Shown: piece by piece, positions 13,247 to 27,429 of the stretch
Layout: each line of letters begins with the position of its first letter
Position numbering within the stretch: position 1 is the first letter of the stretch
Origin: Podarcis melisellensis
Taxonomy: Eukaryota
Strand: one strand, 5' to 3'
DNA length: 64,000 nt
NCBI GenBank assembly: GCA_964234715.1
Contig: OZ174282.1
The notes under the pieces: generated by a model
Told to the model about the DNA's origin: nothing
The model's input: the letters and a program-made list of their open reading frames with translations, nothing else
Database searches by the model: none
Translations under genes and position numbers: made by a program

Positions 13247-13622
13247 CAGGTCACTCACAATTTGCACAAGGGTTATGTTCCAGGGACAGTGCATATACTC
13301 AAAAACACGTATAGTCAAATCTCTCCCACATGACTATCCTTACCTTCTGCAGCTGTTGTGCTGAATGGGTCTTATAACACCCCCGCCCCCAGGCAAGGCA
13401 AAGAGTTTTCCACAAGATCTCATGGGACTGTCTGAGATCATTCAAGAGCCTCCCAGAGCCCAGTAAGCAAGTCTGAGAGCTTAAAAGCTCTTTATGTGCT
13501 GGGAAAACAATGAGCAAAAAGAGCGTTTAAGTTCTCAGACGTCCATGCATTTAATTTGTGCAATTTCAACTGGTCAGCCATCAACTGCACAAGTTAAATG
13601 CACACAAGTTGCGAGTCACCTG
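13247..13622. mobile_element. Older Tigger-like non-autonomous DNA transposon
   Basis: TIR pair CAGGTCACTCACAATTTG / CAAGTTGCGAGTCACCTG; TA at the left end. Confidence 0.65.
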
Positions 13623-14629
13623 AGTAATAAAACTGAGACATATTTAAAGTCTCGCCAATAAAATATCTGTGTTTTTTTACTGCAACCAATTCCAACTGTG
13701 TAACAGTTTTGCAGTTTGAGATTTTAATATGATTATGAAGATTTTCTGTAAGCCACTTGGGGCTATAAAATTTTATGCAAATGTTAAAGTGCATTGGTAC
13801 ACATAAGAATGTGAACATACATAAGAATTTTGCTCTTAAGGAGCAAAAACAATTTAAACCCTACACTAGAAAAAAATATGTCCTCATGAGAAACAGGCCC
13901 TATGCTCTTATACCAGCCAGCTAACTGTGATCAGCTGGAGAAGCCCTCCTAACTATCCAACAGTTATCATACTTTCATTTGGTTTCTATGCAAACTAAAG
14001 TTTTTAAAAAGCATAGTGGCACCAGTACTTTAGAACGCTGTTCCTACTGTAATCACAAAGGCCTTAAGTGTGTTTAGAGAATGTCAGTTAGCATTAAGCC
14101 ATTTGTTCTGTATTTCATGTTTTTATAATCGTATGATGTTTAAACATAATTATAACTTGATGGTGTTGTACATCACCACATTTTTTTCTTAATGAGCTGA
14201 CAGTTCATAAAACACTATTAATAATACATAAGTACAGGAAACTTTACTTTTGACACAATGCTTACACTGAGACACCCTCCATAGTTAGGCGGAGGCTGAA
14301 ATTTGGGGTGAGAGGGCATTATCCTGTTGTGTACATTCAATATGAGGCAGCTCTTGAAGGTAATGCCCAGGCCAGAACCTCTACTTTAATTTGTCTCCCC
14401 CTCCTGTAGCAGGCATTGACAGAAATTTGGGGAATAACGGTTGTGTATAAACATCAAGTACTCCAAGTTGTGAATGAAAATAACTCTTTCTGAACCTCTA
14501 GCTAGTGACTAGAGAATTAAAGCCACCCATGACCCCACAGTTCAAGACCTTTTTGACCCAACTGCCACTGCTAGAAAGTCCTGCAACAGAACTGCAGGGC
14601 CCCTGAGGGTCCCCATGCCCAGCACTCAC

Positions 14630-14731
14630 TTCCAGTCCCGTGAGATGAAGTACTGGAGCTCCAGGAGCCTGTGCTCACAATCTTCCACCATCTTCTCTGT
14701 ATACAAATGTTCCATAAGGCAAGAGAGAATC
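14630..14731 (-). CDS. GLG1: GLG1 exon 10
   Basis: ILSCLMEHLYTEKMVEDCEHRLLELQYFISRDW(K); phase 2/2. Confidence 0.96.
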
Positions 14732-15132
14732 CTATGGAAAGAAAGTCATGTTATATTGATATATGCAATCTTCAGGAGCCTTCATACCAGACATTGCAAC
14801 AAGGAGCATCTCACTGGTGAGAGGGGAAGGAGGTATTTGTAGAAAGGGGGAGCTGAGTAACTGCATGCTTTAAAGCACACGTGCTTCTCCATAGTGGTCT
14901 ACCTTTGGCCTGTACTTTCCCACAGCTTGCATTTGTAAGGGCGATGAGAAGCTGTTGCGTAATAAATGTCTGCCTGTATGCCCACAAGAAACCCTTTCAC
15001 CCCAAGTCAACATCTCTCTTTATGTAAGAGACCATTTGAGTCCATCTCTTTCCCCAGGTTTAACAGGCTTCTTTCAGCCCAAGCTAAAACAGCAGTAAAC
15101 TGTAGCAAAAGCAGGGGATCTCCATCACCTAC

Positions 15133-15254
15133 ATGGGGTCTCCAGCACGGATGTGCTTGCAGGCTGTTTGTATCACTGATTCGCAGGCTTCGTTCAATGC
15201 TCTGTCAATGCGGTAATCAGCACCAGGGTCTGCCTCCTGGATTAGAGTTTGAAG
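15133..15254 (-). CDS. GLG1: GLG1 exon 9
   Basis: LQTLIQEADPGADYRIDRALNEACESVIQTACKHIRAGDP(M); phase 0/2. Confidence 0.96.
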
Positions 15255-18200
15255 CTGGAGGAGGAAAGAGAAGAGGGGGGAAGAGTTTAACAACAATGGC
15301 AGAGCAGTTCAGCAAGTTGGTTTCCTGGCTTCTGTCGCTGGCAGAACTGCAAAGCTAACCTCAAGGGATTCTGCCCCCTTCCCATCTCATTTCAGTACCA
15401 GCTCCTGAAGTGGAGAACATCTTTCAAACATTCCCATGGATGTGAACTGCTCCCTCCCCCACAAAAAAGGGCTAACCGTTTGCCAAGGAAAAGCAGCCTT
15501 TGAACAAATGATTTATCTTCCAAAACCAAGACCAGTTAATGGCAAACAGCTAAGATGTGCCAAATGGAAGAGCATTCTCCCTTGTGTGTGACTCAGCCAG
15601 AACCAGAGTTTTTATGTTGCTGTCACCTCATCTGCATCCAGAAACTGCAGGCATGACTGAGAAAGCCTAGGTGTCAGGTCATCCCTGCAGCATGGGGCAA
15701 TCCAGACATTTTGCAACTCTGGGGACTTCCCTGTTCTATTTTCAGTATCCAAACGACAGTACACAGAGCTGAATTGTGCAGCCAGCCACATCACCAGGCC
15801 TTCTTGCCACTGAAACTGAAGGGGAGGAGAGCCAAGAGAACAGCAGGAGCAGGAGGATCTAATCTCCCAAACCCAGAGCCTCTGTTATGTACATGAGCAA
15901 CAGGGGCCTTCCCGAGAAAATGGCACAGGGGCCTGATGTAACGAAGGACAGCCTGGGGCTAGGAACATGTGCCTAGTGCTTTTATTTGTGATGAGTGGGT
16001 GGTGAAGAGGCAACTGTTGAGACTGAGTTGAGCATCATGCTCATAAAGGTATACTAGCAGAGAAGTGGTCTTTCAAGGATTCAGACTCCACTGAAGCATG
16101 ACTTGAGCAGCGCAGGTAGACTTATGCAACCCAGGTTGTTTTGCTTTTTTGCTAAAGCAGCAGCAGCATAAAGCAGCATAACTAAATGGCATCTCACCAC
16201 AAAGGCCTGAGAAAAAGCCAATGGAGCTTAAGAATTCCTTCAACATGTAACACTCACTCTTGGAAATTAAGCTCTACAAAGTTGGAGGAGCAGAGAATGG
16301 GCAGATTTCTGCACTGATTGTTTCCTAGTGGAGCTCATAGCCTGGGAATTAAGCCAATTTCAAATTTAGGAATCCGTTTACATCACTGATCTTAACCTCA
16401 ACTGAGATGAATCTAGTGAAATGCTGGGGGTGGGGGGGGGGGCATGGGGCAAAGCCATTTATTCATGTGGCCATGGAGCCATCACAGACCACAGAGCCTT
16501 TTTGCTCCCCTTGACAGAACCACAGGGCAGCATTTGCAGATATCAGGGCACTTCCCATTTCTTTGCAAGCAAAGCTCTTTCCAAGAAGCCAAACTGCCAG
16601 GTTGCATCACACAACAGTACAACCGTACTTTAGCCTTTCCACACCAGCACGTGTTGCAATGCCCCCCTCAAAGCCTATCAAGTAAAGTGGTGTCAAGTCT
16701 AGAGGAGTGTTCAGTAGCATCAAAGCCCCAACTTCACTGTGTAAGTATACACATCAAAGCAGTCATAATGCTGAATTGAGGCTAAGCTGCCTGGGGGAAA
16801 TAGCCATGTTCTAACAATCTGTTCCTGCCTGGGAAACAATTATTTATCCTGCTCTCATCATTTGAGGTGGAAGATCCCTGGAATCTAGCCTGACAATCAC
16901 ACCAAGCCATCTCCAATATAAAAGAAGCAAGCAAGCACATGGCCTGATGGGCTTTCTGATTTTGTCTCAGGCAATCATCAGTGAGCTATGCTGGGATCAG
17001 CATTGAGAAAAAGGGAAGGGTTTTTTTTTGGGGGGGGGTGAGAGTGTCAATGTCATTAATCATGTGCTTGGGCTCCCCCAGCCTCCAAACTATAAGGCTG
17101 TCAAGCTTTTTAGTGCATTTGCTATTGGCAGCAGTCAAGATTAACACAACTAATTACATAAAAACAAGGATGTGGTAGGAGGGTGAACATAGCTCCTGCA
17201 CAATACTACTCCAAAAATGCTACCCAGCAGTGAAACCTGAATAAATCATTCAGAGGAAAAATGAGATTTTGAGGAGAAAGATCGGCAGCATTGGCAAGTA
17301 AGGCATGGGGTGGATTATCAGAAGCCATGAAGTGAAGCAGAGAACAGGGCCAAGTAAAAAAGTCCTATGTCTATACAAAGGTTCCAATGTTTATGGGCCC
17401 AGAGGTACCTTTTAAAGTATTGTCACAGGCAACAAAAGTATCCATTATATCAAAGAAAAGCTAGCAATACTCAGAAACATCCCCACCCAAAAAACCCAAC
17501 AAGCAGATCACCTATACCCCAACGAATAAGACAAAAAAGTAGGCCTCCTACACACACCAGCCAGAAACATCATTAAAAAATTTAAAATTTGGTGTCCACA
17601 GGTGCTGCATTGGGGAGCCCAGGCTAAACTAGTGGAATCGGCCACTTTGTCCCAATCTCCTTCTGGTTTCTTAGTTTTAAGTACACACTGACTCTGCATC
17701 TTCAGTTTTTCATGTACAATAAGGGCTAGAATCTTACTATTCAACACACAAGTTTTGCCTCTATGCAGTGACTGGTGCCCGTGGAAGGGAAGGCGTGAAT
17801 CTGTTTTTATGCAATGGGATAGAGACTGAGCAGCCACCGTACATTCTTGTCTGCCTCAGCAGTATATTTTCAGAAGAATGCAAATATGTTCTGACCATCA
17901 CATGTTACAAGATAAAGGCTTTTCTTCTTTTACGCTTAGATTTGTTTTAGGGAAAGTAATTAATATGAAGCTACTCCAAATTCCTCCCAAATGCATACAA
18001 CACTTCCAATGCATGCAAAATGAATTGTGCATATATTATGAGAAGCCTAAGAGCTGGAGAGAAATAGTCACTGGTCTCCTAGTTCAATCCAATTTTCTTC
18101 TATCACCATGCGTATCCAACTCCTTACTCTAAGTTGTTCCAGTTCATGTTTCCCCCTGAAGAACTTAAGAAGTCACATGGGATTAGGTCAAAAGCTTTGC

Positions 18201-19164
18201 TTGAATTAATATGTTATGCCCATTACATTCCTCTTGGCTACTTTACAAAGAAGGTGGGTTAGCCTGGAATAACATAACAGCTTCTGAGTTTAATAGCCTG
18301 AAGCTACCCGAAAAGCCTTTTTACAAGTAGTTGATAGAGCTTTTTAATCAGCTCTAGCCAACTGTTTCATTGGGATTCCCCTAAATGGATGTTGGGGCTT
18401 TGAGGGCAAAGCCTCCCTGCAGCTCCCACCTGCATCCCAACTCAGGTCTTACTTCAGCATCAGCCCACAAAAGCTAAAATAGTGGGCAGGACACACAAGC
18501 AAATTCTTCTGCTCCCAGTAAAATCCATTGCCACATATTCTGTTCTCCCAGGGAAATGATTCAGGTATTCAAAACAGAAGTATTACTGGGTCAGACCAAG
18601 GACCATCTAGAAGAGACCTCTCCAACCTGGTGCGTTCTAGATATTTTGGACTACAGGTGCCATCTACATGGCCATAATGGCTGAGGCTGGTGTGAATTTT
18701 AGCCCAGAATACCCAGAAGCCACAAGGCTGAAGACTGCTGATGTAGTTATGCACTCTGTTTCCAACAGTCACAACCCATAGGCTTCTGAAAGCTGTTGAC
18801 TATGGCCTGCACATGTTTATTCCTAGCATCTGGTATTCAAGAGGTAGGGCTACTTTTAACACCAAAGTTCCCTGTGGCTGTTATGGCCACCGGCCACTGA
18901 AAGACTCCTCCATGAAACCTTGAGAAGCATCGCTTTGGATGGGGAACACATATAGGCAGCCAGGTGCTCTGAGAAGCATTTATTTAGGAAGCCCAAGCTG
19001 AAACTTTGGATTGTCTGAGTGTTGCCTGAGATTCTTCCTTTGGCTCAAGGTGCCAATAAGTAAGGCTCTGGTTCAAAACATTAAAACCAGCTGGGCAAAA
19101 ATGAACAAGATTTCAGATGTGGGGGTTGAGACTGTCATGAAAAGGCTCCCCATGACAACCTTAC

Positions 19165-19379
19165 CGACTGCTGGCAGCTGACTCCCAAGTTCCCCTTCTC
19201 TCCTCGCACAACTTTCATCAGGCAATGCAGGGTGCGGCCCTTCCGATGCAGTCCTGAGCAGTGGTGCTCAATCTCACTGCGGCAACCGAGGATGATCTCT
19301 GGGCTCAGTGAAAAATCTTCCATCAACATGCGCCGGTAGTCCAACATTTCTCCCTGGCATTCACTGCTCACTTGCCGAC
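19165..19379 (-). CDS. GLG1: GLG1 exon 8
   Basis: (G)RQVSSECQGEMLDY...LGVSCQQS; phase 1/0. Confidence 0.97.
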
Positions 19380-20354
19380 CTAAGGCACACCGTAGTAGAT
19401 ACAGGTTATAAGACATCAGCCCAAGGGACACTGAACATAGCCAAGGTACATGCAGCCCCATCAGTGTGACCAGTGCCATTCTGCTTTTAAAGATTACATC
19501 AAATGACACATCGAGAAAACAAATTCTATGCAGAAATTCAGAGCTAACTGGGAAGGAAGATAGTGCCAGGCAGCTGGAATCCCTAAAGAGCCACAAGCAC
19601 TACTGCCATTAGCTCTTCCATTTCAGAGCTATTTTGCAGCCTCTCCTTATCACAGGGTTGCATTCTATTTCTTCACAGGCAATCAGAGAAAACACCAGGT
19701 TGCACTGGGGTGTGCATTGCCATCAGAACTGTGCCTCCTCTGCGCACATGTGCACAATATCCTTTACAAGAACACCAGTTTTAATCTATTGGATACACTG
19801 TGCTTGAAGCATGTGAGCAGCAATGGAATAAATTGCCAAAGCAGTGAAGGGGAAGGCCAGGGAGAGAAAAGGAGCTGAACAAGACTTCCAGGGATCAATG
19901 ATAGGTCTTCAGTGATGTGTGCAGCTTGTCATCCTTCCTTTAGTCAGTAGCAAAAGATACAAGGAGAAAATATTCTCATTTCTGAGTACTGTAACTTGAT
20001 TATATTGATTTTGACTTTCTTCAGCAGAGAAGTCAGAAAAAATTGGCACTCAACACAAATATTTTCTATCTCAGGACTAGCAGGGTGCTGGTGGTGGCAC
20101 CCACTGCCTTTTAAGCCTGCCCTGCATATATAAAAGAATGCTGCCACACATTTCTAGACTACTTCATAAAGGGATAATAACTGTTCTGATTTAGAGAAAG
20201 ATGTCTTAGCAGTAGGTTTAACAAACCACAGCAGGTAGAAAAAACAGGTCCTTCTGGACCACTGGTTGCCTATCCATCTATTCACTGGTGAGCAACCATC
20301 TGTCTGAGGACCATTTTATGCAGCCCCCAATTTCTCCTGAAGCTGTCCTACCCT

Positions 20355-20413
20355 TTCATTTGATCAGAGTTGTTGCTTTCATTTGATCAGAGTTGTTCAT
20401 TTGATCAGAGTTG
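20355..20413. repeat. Three copies of the 18-mer TTCATTTGATCAGAGTTG
   Basis: Perfect copies at 20355, 20378 and 20396. Confidence 0.9.
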
Positions 20414-23132
20414 CGCGCACACACGCACACACACACTGCTTTTTTCCTGGTTGCATGGTTTAAGGGGGAAAGCTGTATAAATGAGTATCTCCATCAAACT
20501 TAGTGGGGTTTATTTCTGAAAAGACCTGCATAGGATTCTAATCTGCAGTAGCTATGATAAAATTGAAGCAAGGGCAGCCTTTACTCTGAATTAGCAGTCC
20601 AGAACATGTTGTCTTTGCCTCTGCTGATCATCAACTCCACCAACCACCAGCATGTGGCTTCCAACATTTATGAGGAAATGCAGGACTTGATGATTTTTTT
20701 TAAAAAAAAAAAGGTTGCCCACCCCTGTGTTTAATAATGCTTTTAGAGCTCTGCAGGTGGGGGGAAAGAACACCACAACCTGAAAACAGAGACTATCAAG
20801 ATCACACACTGCCAAATGCAACATGCTGAGTTTGCAGAAAGTGAACCACAGCTAGAGAAAAACACCCAGCTTTACTGGATATTCCCCCAAGGCCACCTGA
20901 CCGGTTTGAATGGAATCTCTATGCCAAACCATCAAGCCAGGGGGGAACTCAAGGGGAGTCCCACACTTCTCCTCAGCTATGTCAAGCAGAAAGATACTAA
21001 CATTTACTTTTCCTTGGAAAGAATAAAAACTATGAACATTAACTTTAACATCTTTAGTGAATTGCTCAAAAGCTCCCTGGTGTAAAGACTTGAGTGTGGT
21101 CCGTCACAGCAGAGAAGTAACTAAGCAAATAGGTTGTCCACAATATTACCCATTCAGAGAATGCCCAAAGGCATGAGATGGCTTCTCCCTTGGCTAAGAG
21201 CTATTCAGCGCAGAACAGCTTGCAGACATGGCCTTGTGCTTTGGAAAAGGAGCCTGTTCTGCCATTCCTATCAGGCTTCTAGAGGACAACAGTGGAATGC
21301 ACTAAGCTACGCTTGACACTACAGACAGAAACAGTCTTCAAAGCACATGTCAGCAAACCCAGAGCCCTCAGAGTTTTCCATACAGCCACATTCCATTTCA
21401 CTCCCTTCCTCAAATTGCTGCCTCCCCAAATTCATGCTCCCGCAAGCCCATACAATGTCTTCTCCATGTAAATCACACTCCCTCTGCCCCTTATTACCAA
21501 CACAATTGCTTGGCAAGCTGGGAAAAGCTTGGTTGTGATGAAGATGATGGCACATGGAAGGAGGGTAAACTCTCTGTGTTTGTCTTTCCCATGGAGTGTG
21601 TCTATGTTTGTGTGAATGGCCCCAACCATCACTGGCTCTAGCCACACCTACTGGAATGGAGCACCTTCCACTACACTTGGCCCTCAACAATAAAAAGGAT
21701 ATCCACCTCTGCACCAAAGGGAGTCAGTCTGTTACAGCCTAAATAATGTATATGTTGGCTCAGGTGTGAATCAATTAGATTCAAATGTAACTTTGAAAAT
21801 ATGAAGTTGGTGTTATATAATAGCTATAGCTTTTATAGTTTAGAGGTCTGTCCATCAGCAAATATTAACAAGTTACATTTAATAGACTGATGTCACTGAG
21901 AACCCTGGGGAGCCAGCTGTTGTGCAGATAATAGTGAACTAGCTGGATCAATGGTCTGGTATTATGGACACGTGTTTTTTTGTCAGTGAATTCTGCAGCA
22001 TGTTCTTGGCACCATAAAGATGCTTTAGTGGTGGATTTATTCTGCTTTATTAGTTGTTCTGCAATGCCACATAATTGCTGTCTGGAGGAGCTATAGCACA
22101 ACAAACCCAGTACAAAAACAAACCCCACCACCAACATTTTTGGTATGAAAAGTTCTGGGATTAAGCAGAAGTTCCAGGACATGCACTGACTGGAAAGTAA
22201 GCATTTGAATACCCCAAAACTTTTGCAGGTGCCAAATGTATTGAAGCGGAATCGTTTAAGACTGGCCTGATAGTGTAAGCGCTAAGCATGCCCTCAGTGG
22301 CTACTGTTGTTTTCTTCTAACCTAGAAGAAATGCATGCTAGGAACACATCAAAGAAAGCTGACTTGCTCTGTTGCTCTCCAGAGAGATGGGATTAATCAT
22401 GCAAGTGTAGCATTCTGATTAGAATCTGGGTAAGGCCTAATAGTTCTGATGGCTGTGGTAAATCTGTGCTTGGGCTGTGCCACTTCAGACTGCAGATGGG
22501 GCTCACATGATGAATGATCCCCCATATGAAACATTCTCTGCAGAAAGGAAAACTAACACGTCCGAAAGAAGAATTTTAACCATGGCACACTCATTTTCTA
22601 GGTATAGGAATTTATTTTCACAGGGGATCATGCCATCAAGTGAGCCGCCACCTGCAACAGCAGTCACAGCTGTCATCGCTCTCCATGAGAACTAAGCCCA
22701 TGTTGTATTATGGAACGGCAAGATAGAGAATACAACAGAACAGCTAGACCTTCTTTCTCCTGGGCAACTGTGAATGGTCTGCTGACATAAGACAGGCGAG
22801 CCCCTTAACATGCTTCACTTAACTGTCTGACCTAGAACCAGCCTCATGCAAAGAAGCAAAGCTGAAACATCAAGCGTCAAGGCTCAGGGGGAGGAGAGGG
22901 AAGCAAGGACAGACAGAGAAGGTGTTGCACAAGGGAGACAGGGATGCAGAACTATGGAGTAATGGATAACTAGCAGAATCCTAATGCCCAAAGACATTCT
23001 CCAAAAACATTATTTTGCCATGTCCATTTTCTTTCAATAACGCCCTGAAAACCCCCATTACACAACTTTTCATTTCACAAATTATTTATCAGATATAAGC
23101 AATTGGAGGAATAAGGGAAAAATATCTCTTAC

Positions 23133-23316
23133 CTCTATGCACAGCAGATTCTAAACACATTAGCAGGTAGGATAGTCGGGCCTCTCGGGAACGAGGAAGG
23201 TTCTCTACATTACAGTGGTACTTCTTTAAATCACTTTTGCAGGACTTTGCCAATGAGTAACTGACTTTGTAATCTTGTGCTATCAGCTTTTGCCTGGTTG
23301 TCAATGCATCACGACA
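23133..23316 (-). CDS. GLG1: GLG1 exon 7
   Basis: CRDALTTRQKLIAQDY...CLESAVHR(G); phase 0/1. Confidence 0.97.
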
Positions 23317-24032
23317 CTGAGGAAAACAATCAAATATCTTGTGCTACTGATCAAAGGAACATCAAGGGAGCATTCTTTTGTCACCCAGAGGTAATTTGGC
23401 TCACACTGGACAAAAGGAGTAGAACAGAAAATCCGCTGGCCTTGAATTTTCAGAACAAGCCACTGCTAGAAATAGAATACATCGCTGCTAGTTTCAAATG
23501 CATCACTATTTCTAGAAAATCCAAGGCAACCTACAGGAGGAGGAAGGGAAATAATCGTGGGGAGCAAAAGTGCAGCGTTCTTAAAGCATTTCAACCACAA
23601 GCATAGCTTGTCATTTCAATTTGCTATTTATTGCTCATATACTGCTCAAAGCGTTGAGGAAGCAATGGGGCATTACACCTGGAATAATGATCAATAAAAT
23701 GCTTTGTCTGCACTTTACTCAAAACGCCGTCTCTCAGGAATGTAACAACATATCTCAAAGAAAAACGCACATGCCTTTAGAGAAGGTAACAAAGCAGCTC
23801 TCCCTCCTCAGAGATGCTAATTCTTATTGACGCAATTTAACTGCTACCACACAAGGCAACTCTGTAACTGAGGGATGGGAAGTTCATCAGCAGGTCACAG
23901 ACAGAGTTACGGCTACCTTTAAAAACACAGCTCTGAGCCTATACACAGGATTCCATGAGCTCCTCCACCCACCACACCCTGATGAGGCAGGAGCAGACCA
24001 ACCTCAGATAATACACCATATTGTGCATTAAC

Positions 24033-24331
24033 AATAATAATAATAAATTTTATTTATATCCCGCCCTCCCCAGCCGAAGCTGGGCTCAGAGCGGCTAACA
24101 AAAATCAAAATAGTCCAACATTCTAAAAACATTCATTATAAAATTAATTAAAAATCAAATTAAGATCAAATTAATGGCAACCATCAAGCAAAATTCCGTG
24201 CAGATTGCCAGAGGAGGGGGTCAGGCTGCGACCTGACCAAAGGCCTGGTGGAACAGCTCTGTCTTGCAGGCCCTGCGGAAAGATGTCAGGTCCCGCAGGG
24301 CCCTAGTCCCTTGTGACAGAGCGTTCCACCA
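24033..24331 (-). mobile_element. L2-type LINE 3' end
   Basis: WWNAL..SFRRACKTELF motif; ends gggcgggatataaataaaattta(tta)n. Confidence 0.7.
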
Positions 24332-24437
24332 ATTTGTTTCTTATCCATTGCATGCTGTAAATAAATGAGGCGACCAAGAAGCAGAAGCTTTGGGGTCAAG
24401 AAAGATAGTGGAATGGCCAGGTGAAAGAGGCACATAC

Positions 24438-24509
24438 CTTTTCACTCATAGAGTCTTCAAACTTGTGGTTAAAGAGACACTTGTACACCCTGCCTTCCCC
24501 AGCCTGAGT
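24438..24509 (-). CDS. GLG1: GLG1 exon 6
   Basis: TQAGEGRVYKCLFNHKFEDSMSEK; AG/GTATG. Confidence 0.96.
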
Positions 24510-25161
24510 CTGTGAAACAGAGCAACAATATTGGTCATGAATGTCATATGGAAACATATTAGGAGGATCCTAGTATCCATAATTTCTTAAAAAATTAACA
24601 CATTCATAGCCTCCTTTTTCTTCAAGGACCTCAAACCAAAGGCACATGCAATTATCCCCGTTTTACCCTAACAAAACCATGAAATAGGTTAGGCAAAATT
24701 ATTTGTTTAAGGCCACTCAATGAGAGTGATAGCTAAGTGGCTATTAAAACCCAGGTTTTGTATCCCACCAAGTTTTATTCAGAGCAGACCAGCTGAAAGT
24801 AATGGACCCATTAATTTCCATGGGTCTTCTCCACATATGCACATCTCTTCAGTCCAACTTCAGCATTCCATTTTCTACATCACACTGGCTACATTTTACC
24901 ATAGGCCAACATTTTGTGATTTACAAGTCCTCTGTCATTTATATATGTTGTGCATGCTCATGACTAACACTTCCATGCATATTTCTGAAATGAGTTCAAT
25001 ATATTGCCTATATTATCTGTAGTGCACCTTTGAGAGATCTGCTCTTGTATTCCTTAATTTGTTACATGTAGGAGCATTTACTGAATGACAAGGCGAGAGG
25101 GGAAAGGGTGGGGAGATGGATGCTAGTCCAACGGGAAGGACGATGTCAAGCAACAACTTAC

Positions 25162-25365
25162 GTTCTCACAGAAGCGTTCCCGGTCATCCCGGCAGGCAAA
25201 ATATAAGTGCCGATCCAAGTGGAAATCATCCGAGGAGAGTTCAGCTACTCGGAGAATAGCCTTTTTGCACAAGTCTGAGACCTTTATTCGTGGCTCAATC
25301 TCTTCTGCCTCCTTTACCAATCCTTTCTCCAGGCAGGCCACCACCTCTCCTTGAGAATGGACATC
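25162..25365 (-). CDS. GLG1: GLG1 exon 5
   Basis: DVHSQGEVVACLEK...DDRERFCEN; AG/GTAAG. Confidence 0.97.
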
Positions 25366-25880
25366 CTGAAAGAAGAGAAAGAAGCTAAGCAGCAGCAAGA
25401 CACACTTCCATCTAGCTCTTCTCTGCATGTTGCATTAGGAGCCTACAGAAGCATGTCTTACATTGAAAGAACATGGTTCAGTTCAGTACACCTGTGGTCC
25501 TGAATTTCTGTCCTCCACCCGCCCCAAGAAAGTCTGCAGCTGAAAACACCACTGTATCTCAATAAAATACCTGAGCCTGAAAGAGCATGCAGTTGACCTA
25601 AATTTGAAGGTACTCTCAATCTACCAAAGGCTAAAAGCACTTTCCCAGGGTGTGCCCCTTCCAGAGGACAGCCCAGATTCATTCACACAAGAAACATTCC
25701 TTCTGCCTAGCACTGGTATAAAATCACAGGGAGATAGGATAGTAATTTAAAATGCTGACCATAGAACGTGGTCACACTTCAACTGGCTTCTTCGGAGCAA
25801 CATTGATTCTAATGAGACAATATCCTCTTCCCTCCCACCTCCAATTTAATGGACATGGAATCACTTTGTAACAGAATTAC

Positions 25881-26096
25881 CTTTTCTCCAAGACGAATGC
25901 TGCCACACTTCAGGATGTTAATATCACTTCTGCAGTCATCCATGAAGCCACAGATCAGGCGGTAATCACTGAAAATTATGGCTGTCATTTTGGTGATGTA
26001 CTGGTGACACTGGTATTCAGTGATGTTTCCTCTGTGATCTACCAAGCAGGACACCAAGTAACCTTTCCCAACAGGCTCATCAGCACACTCTTTGAT
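25881..26096 (-). CDS. GLG1: GLG1 exon 4
   Basis: IKECADEPVGKG...CGSIRLGEK; AG/GT. Confidence 0.97.
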
Positions 26097-27429
26097 CTGT
26101 CCAGAAAGACCCATGATAAAAAGAAGCCTGTATTTCATTTGGCATTTGCAGATCATTTTATTTACTGCCTACTCAGGGTGTTTCCCAATATAAATAGATT
26201 TTATAAAAACAATGACACCAATTTTCAGAAAAGGTGATGGAAAAGGAGAGCCAACTGTTTATTCCCTAAAGGTTCCTGGAGAATGGAAAATGTGGGGTGT
26301 CAACCCTCACACCTCACCCTAAAAGCAAAAATGAACATAAATTTTGCAAGCTCCACACTAAAAGGACCATGAAAGCAAGCTGTAATCACTCAATAACTTA
26401 AGATGTCATTGTTAGACTCTACATACAAAATACGGTGCTCAAGGGCAGTCAGGAGTCAGTCTCAAATGTAGCCAGGGCCTGTATCATTCAGTTACTTGAA
26501 AGCTGTTTTGAATTTAATCTTCTGGTAGCCACTGTAACCACATGGCTGTAGTAGCTTAATCCAATAATAAAAGTCGATCTTCCACATTCAGAAATAGCTG
26601 CAAGTGACATAGCAGCATTCCTGCAATCTCTCATGTATGAGGGGTAATTACACGTGGCTTTTTAAATCAGAGAATAAAGTGTAGTCTGCAGTTTTCTCCT
26701 TTGAAATATCAGCATGATAAAGACAACTAGATATGAAATGGAGAAAAGCTGCTCAGGGCTGGTATTGGAAACCAATATTCTGAGCATAGTCTTAAATAGA
26801 GCAGGGACTGAGATACTGTGTGCTTTTTCAGAGGATCAAGCTTTAAGTCAAGTTTACACAATCCATCAAATTTATTACATTTATGTCCTTTCTTTCTTCC
26901 AGGAAGCTTAAGACAGTTCTCTCTTTTCATCTTCACAGCAACTTTTTGAGGCAGCTCAGAACTAGACCATGTGACTGGCCAAGGTAATTCAGTAAGCTTC
27001 TGGCTGAATGACAATCTGGGTTGGGATTTCCCCATCCTACTGTGACAATCTACCGACAGTTCCCACCCATCCCAAAATTTTGGAGAAAATCCTTAAAAGA
27101 TCATTGCACATGTGAGTAGAAAAAACCACACACGACAAAAAGAACTTTGGGTAATTATTCATTTGTTGCTGGCTCAGCTCAATGTTACTCTTATGCTGCT
27201 GGAACTAGTTAAACAGGTTGAATATTGTTAACATTAATTTGAGTGGATAATGAGATTACGTTTGAGTTTCTTTGGAGAAATAGGCAATATAGAATTTTTT
27301 AAAAAAAGCAAATAAATTTCAAGACCTTCCCCACTGGTCACCTGTTTACAGAATGCAACTAGGTCTGAAAAAGGGTAGGTCACTATGCTTGGAATCTGAG
27401 CACTGATACATTGCTCCCTCTCCCTCTCT

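Noticed and set aside
20355-20413. Three 18-bp direct repeats superficially like a CRISPR or binding-site array
   Set aside because: Spacers of 5 and 0 nt beside a microsatellite in a vertebrate intron; ordinary slippage duplication
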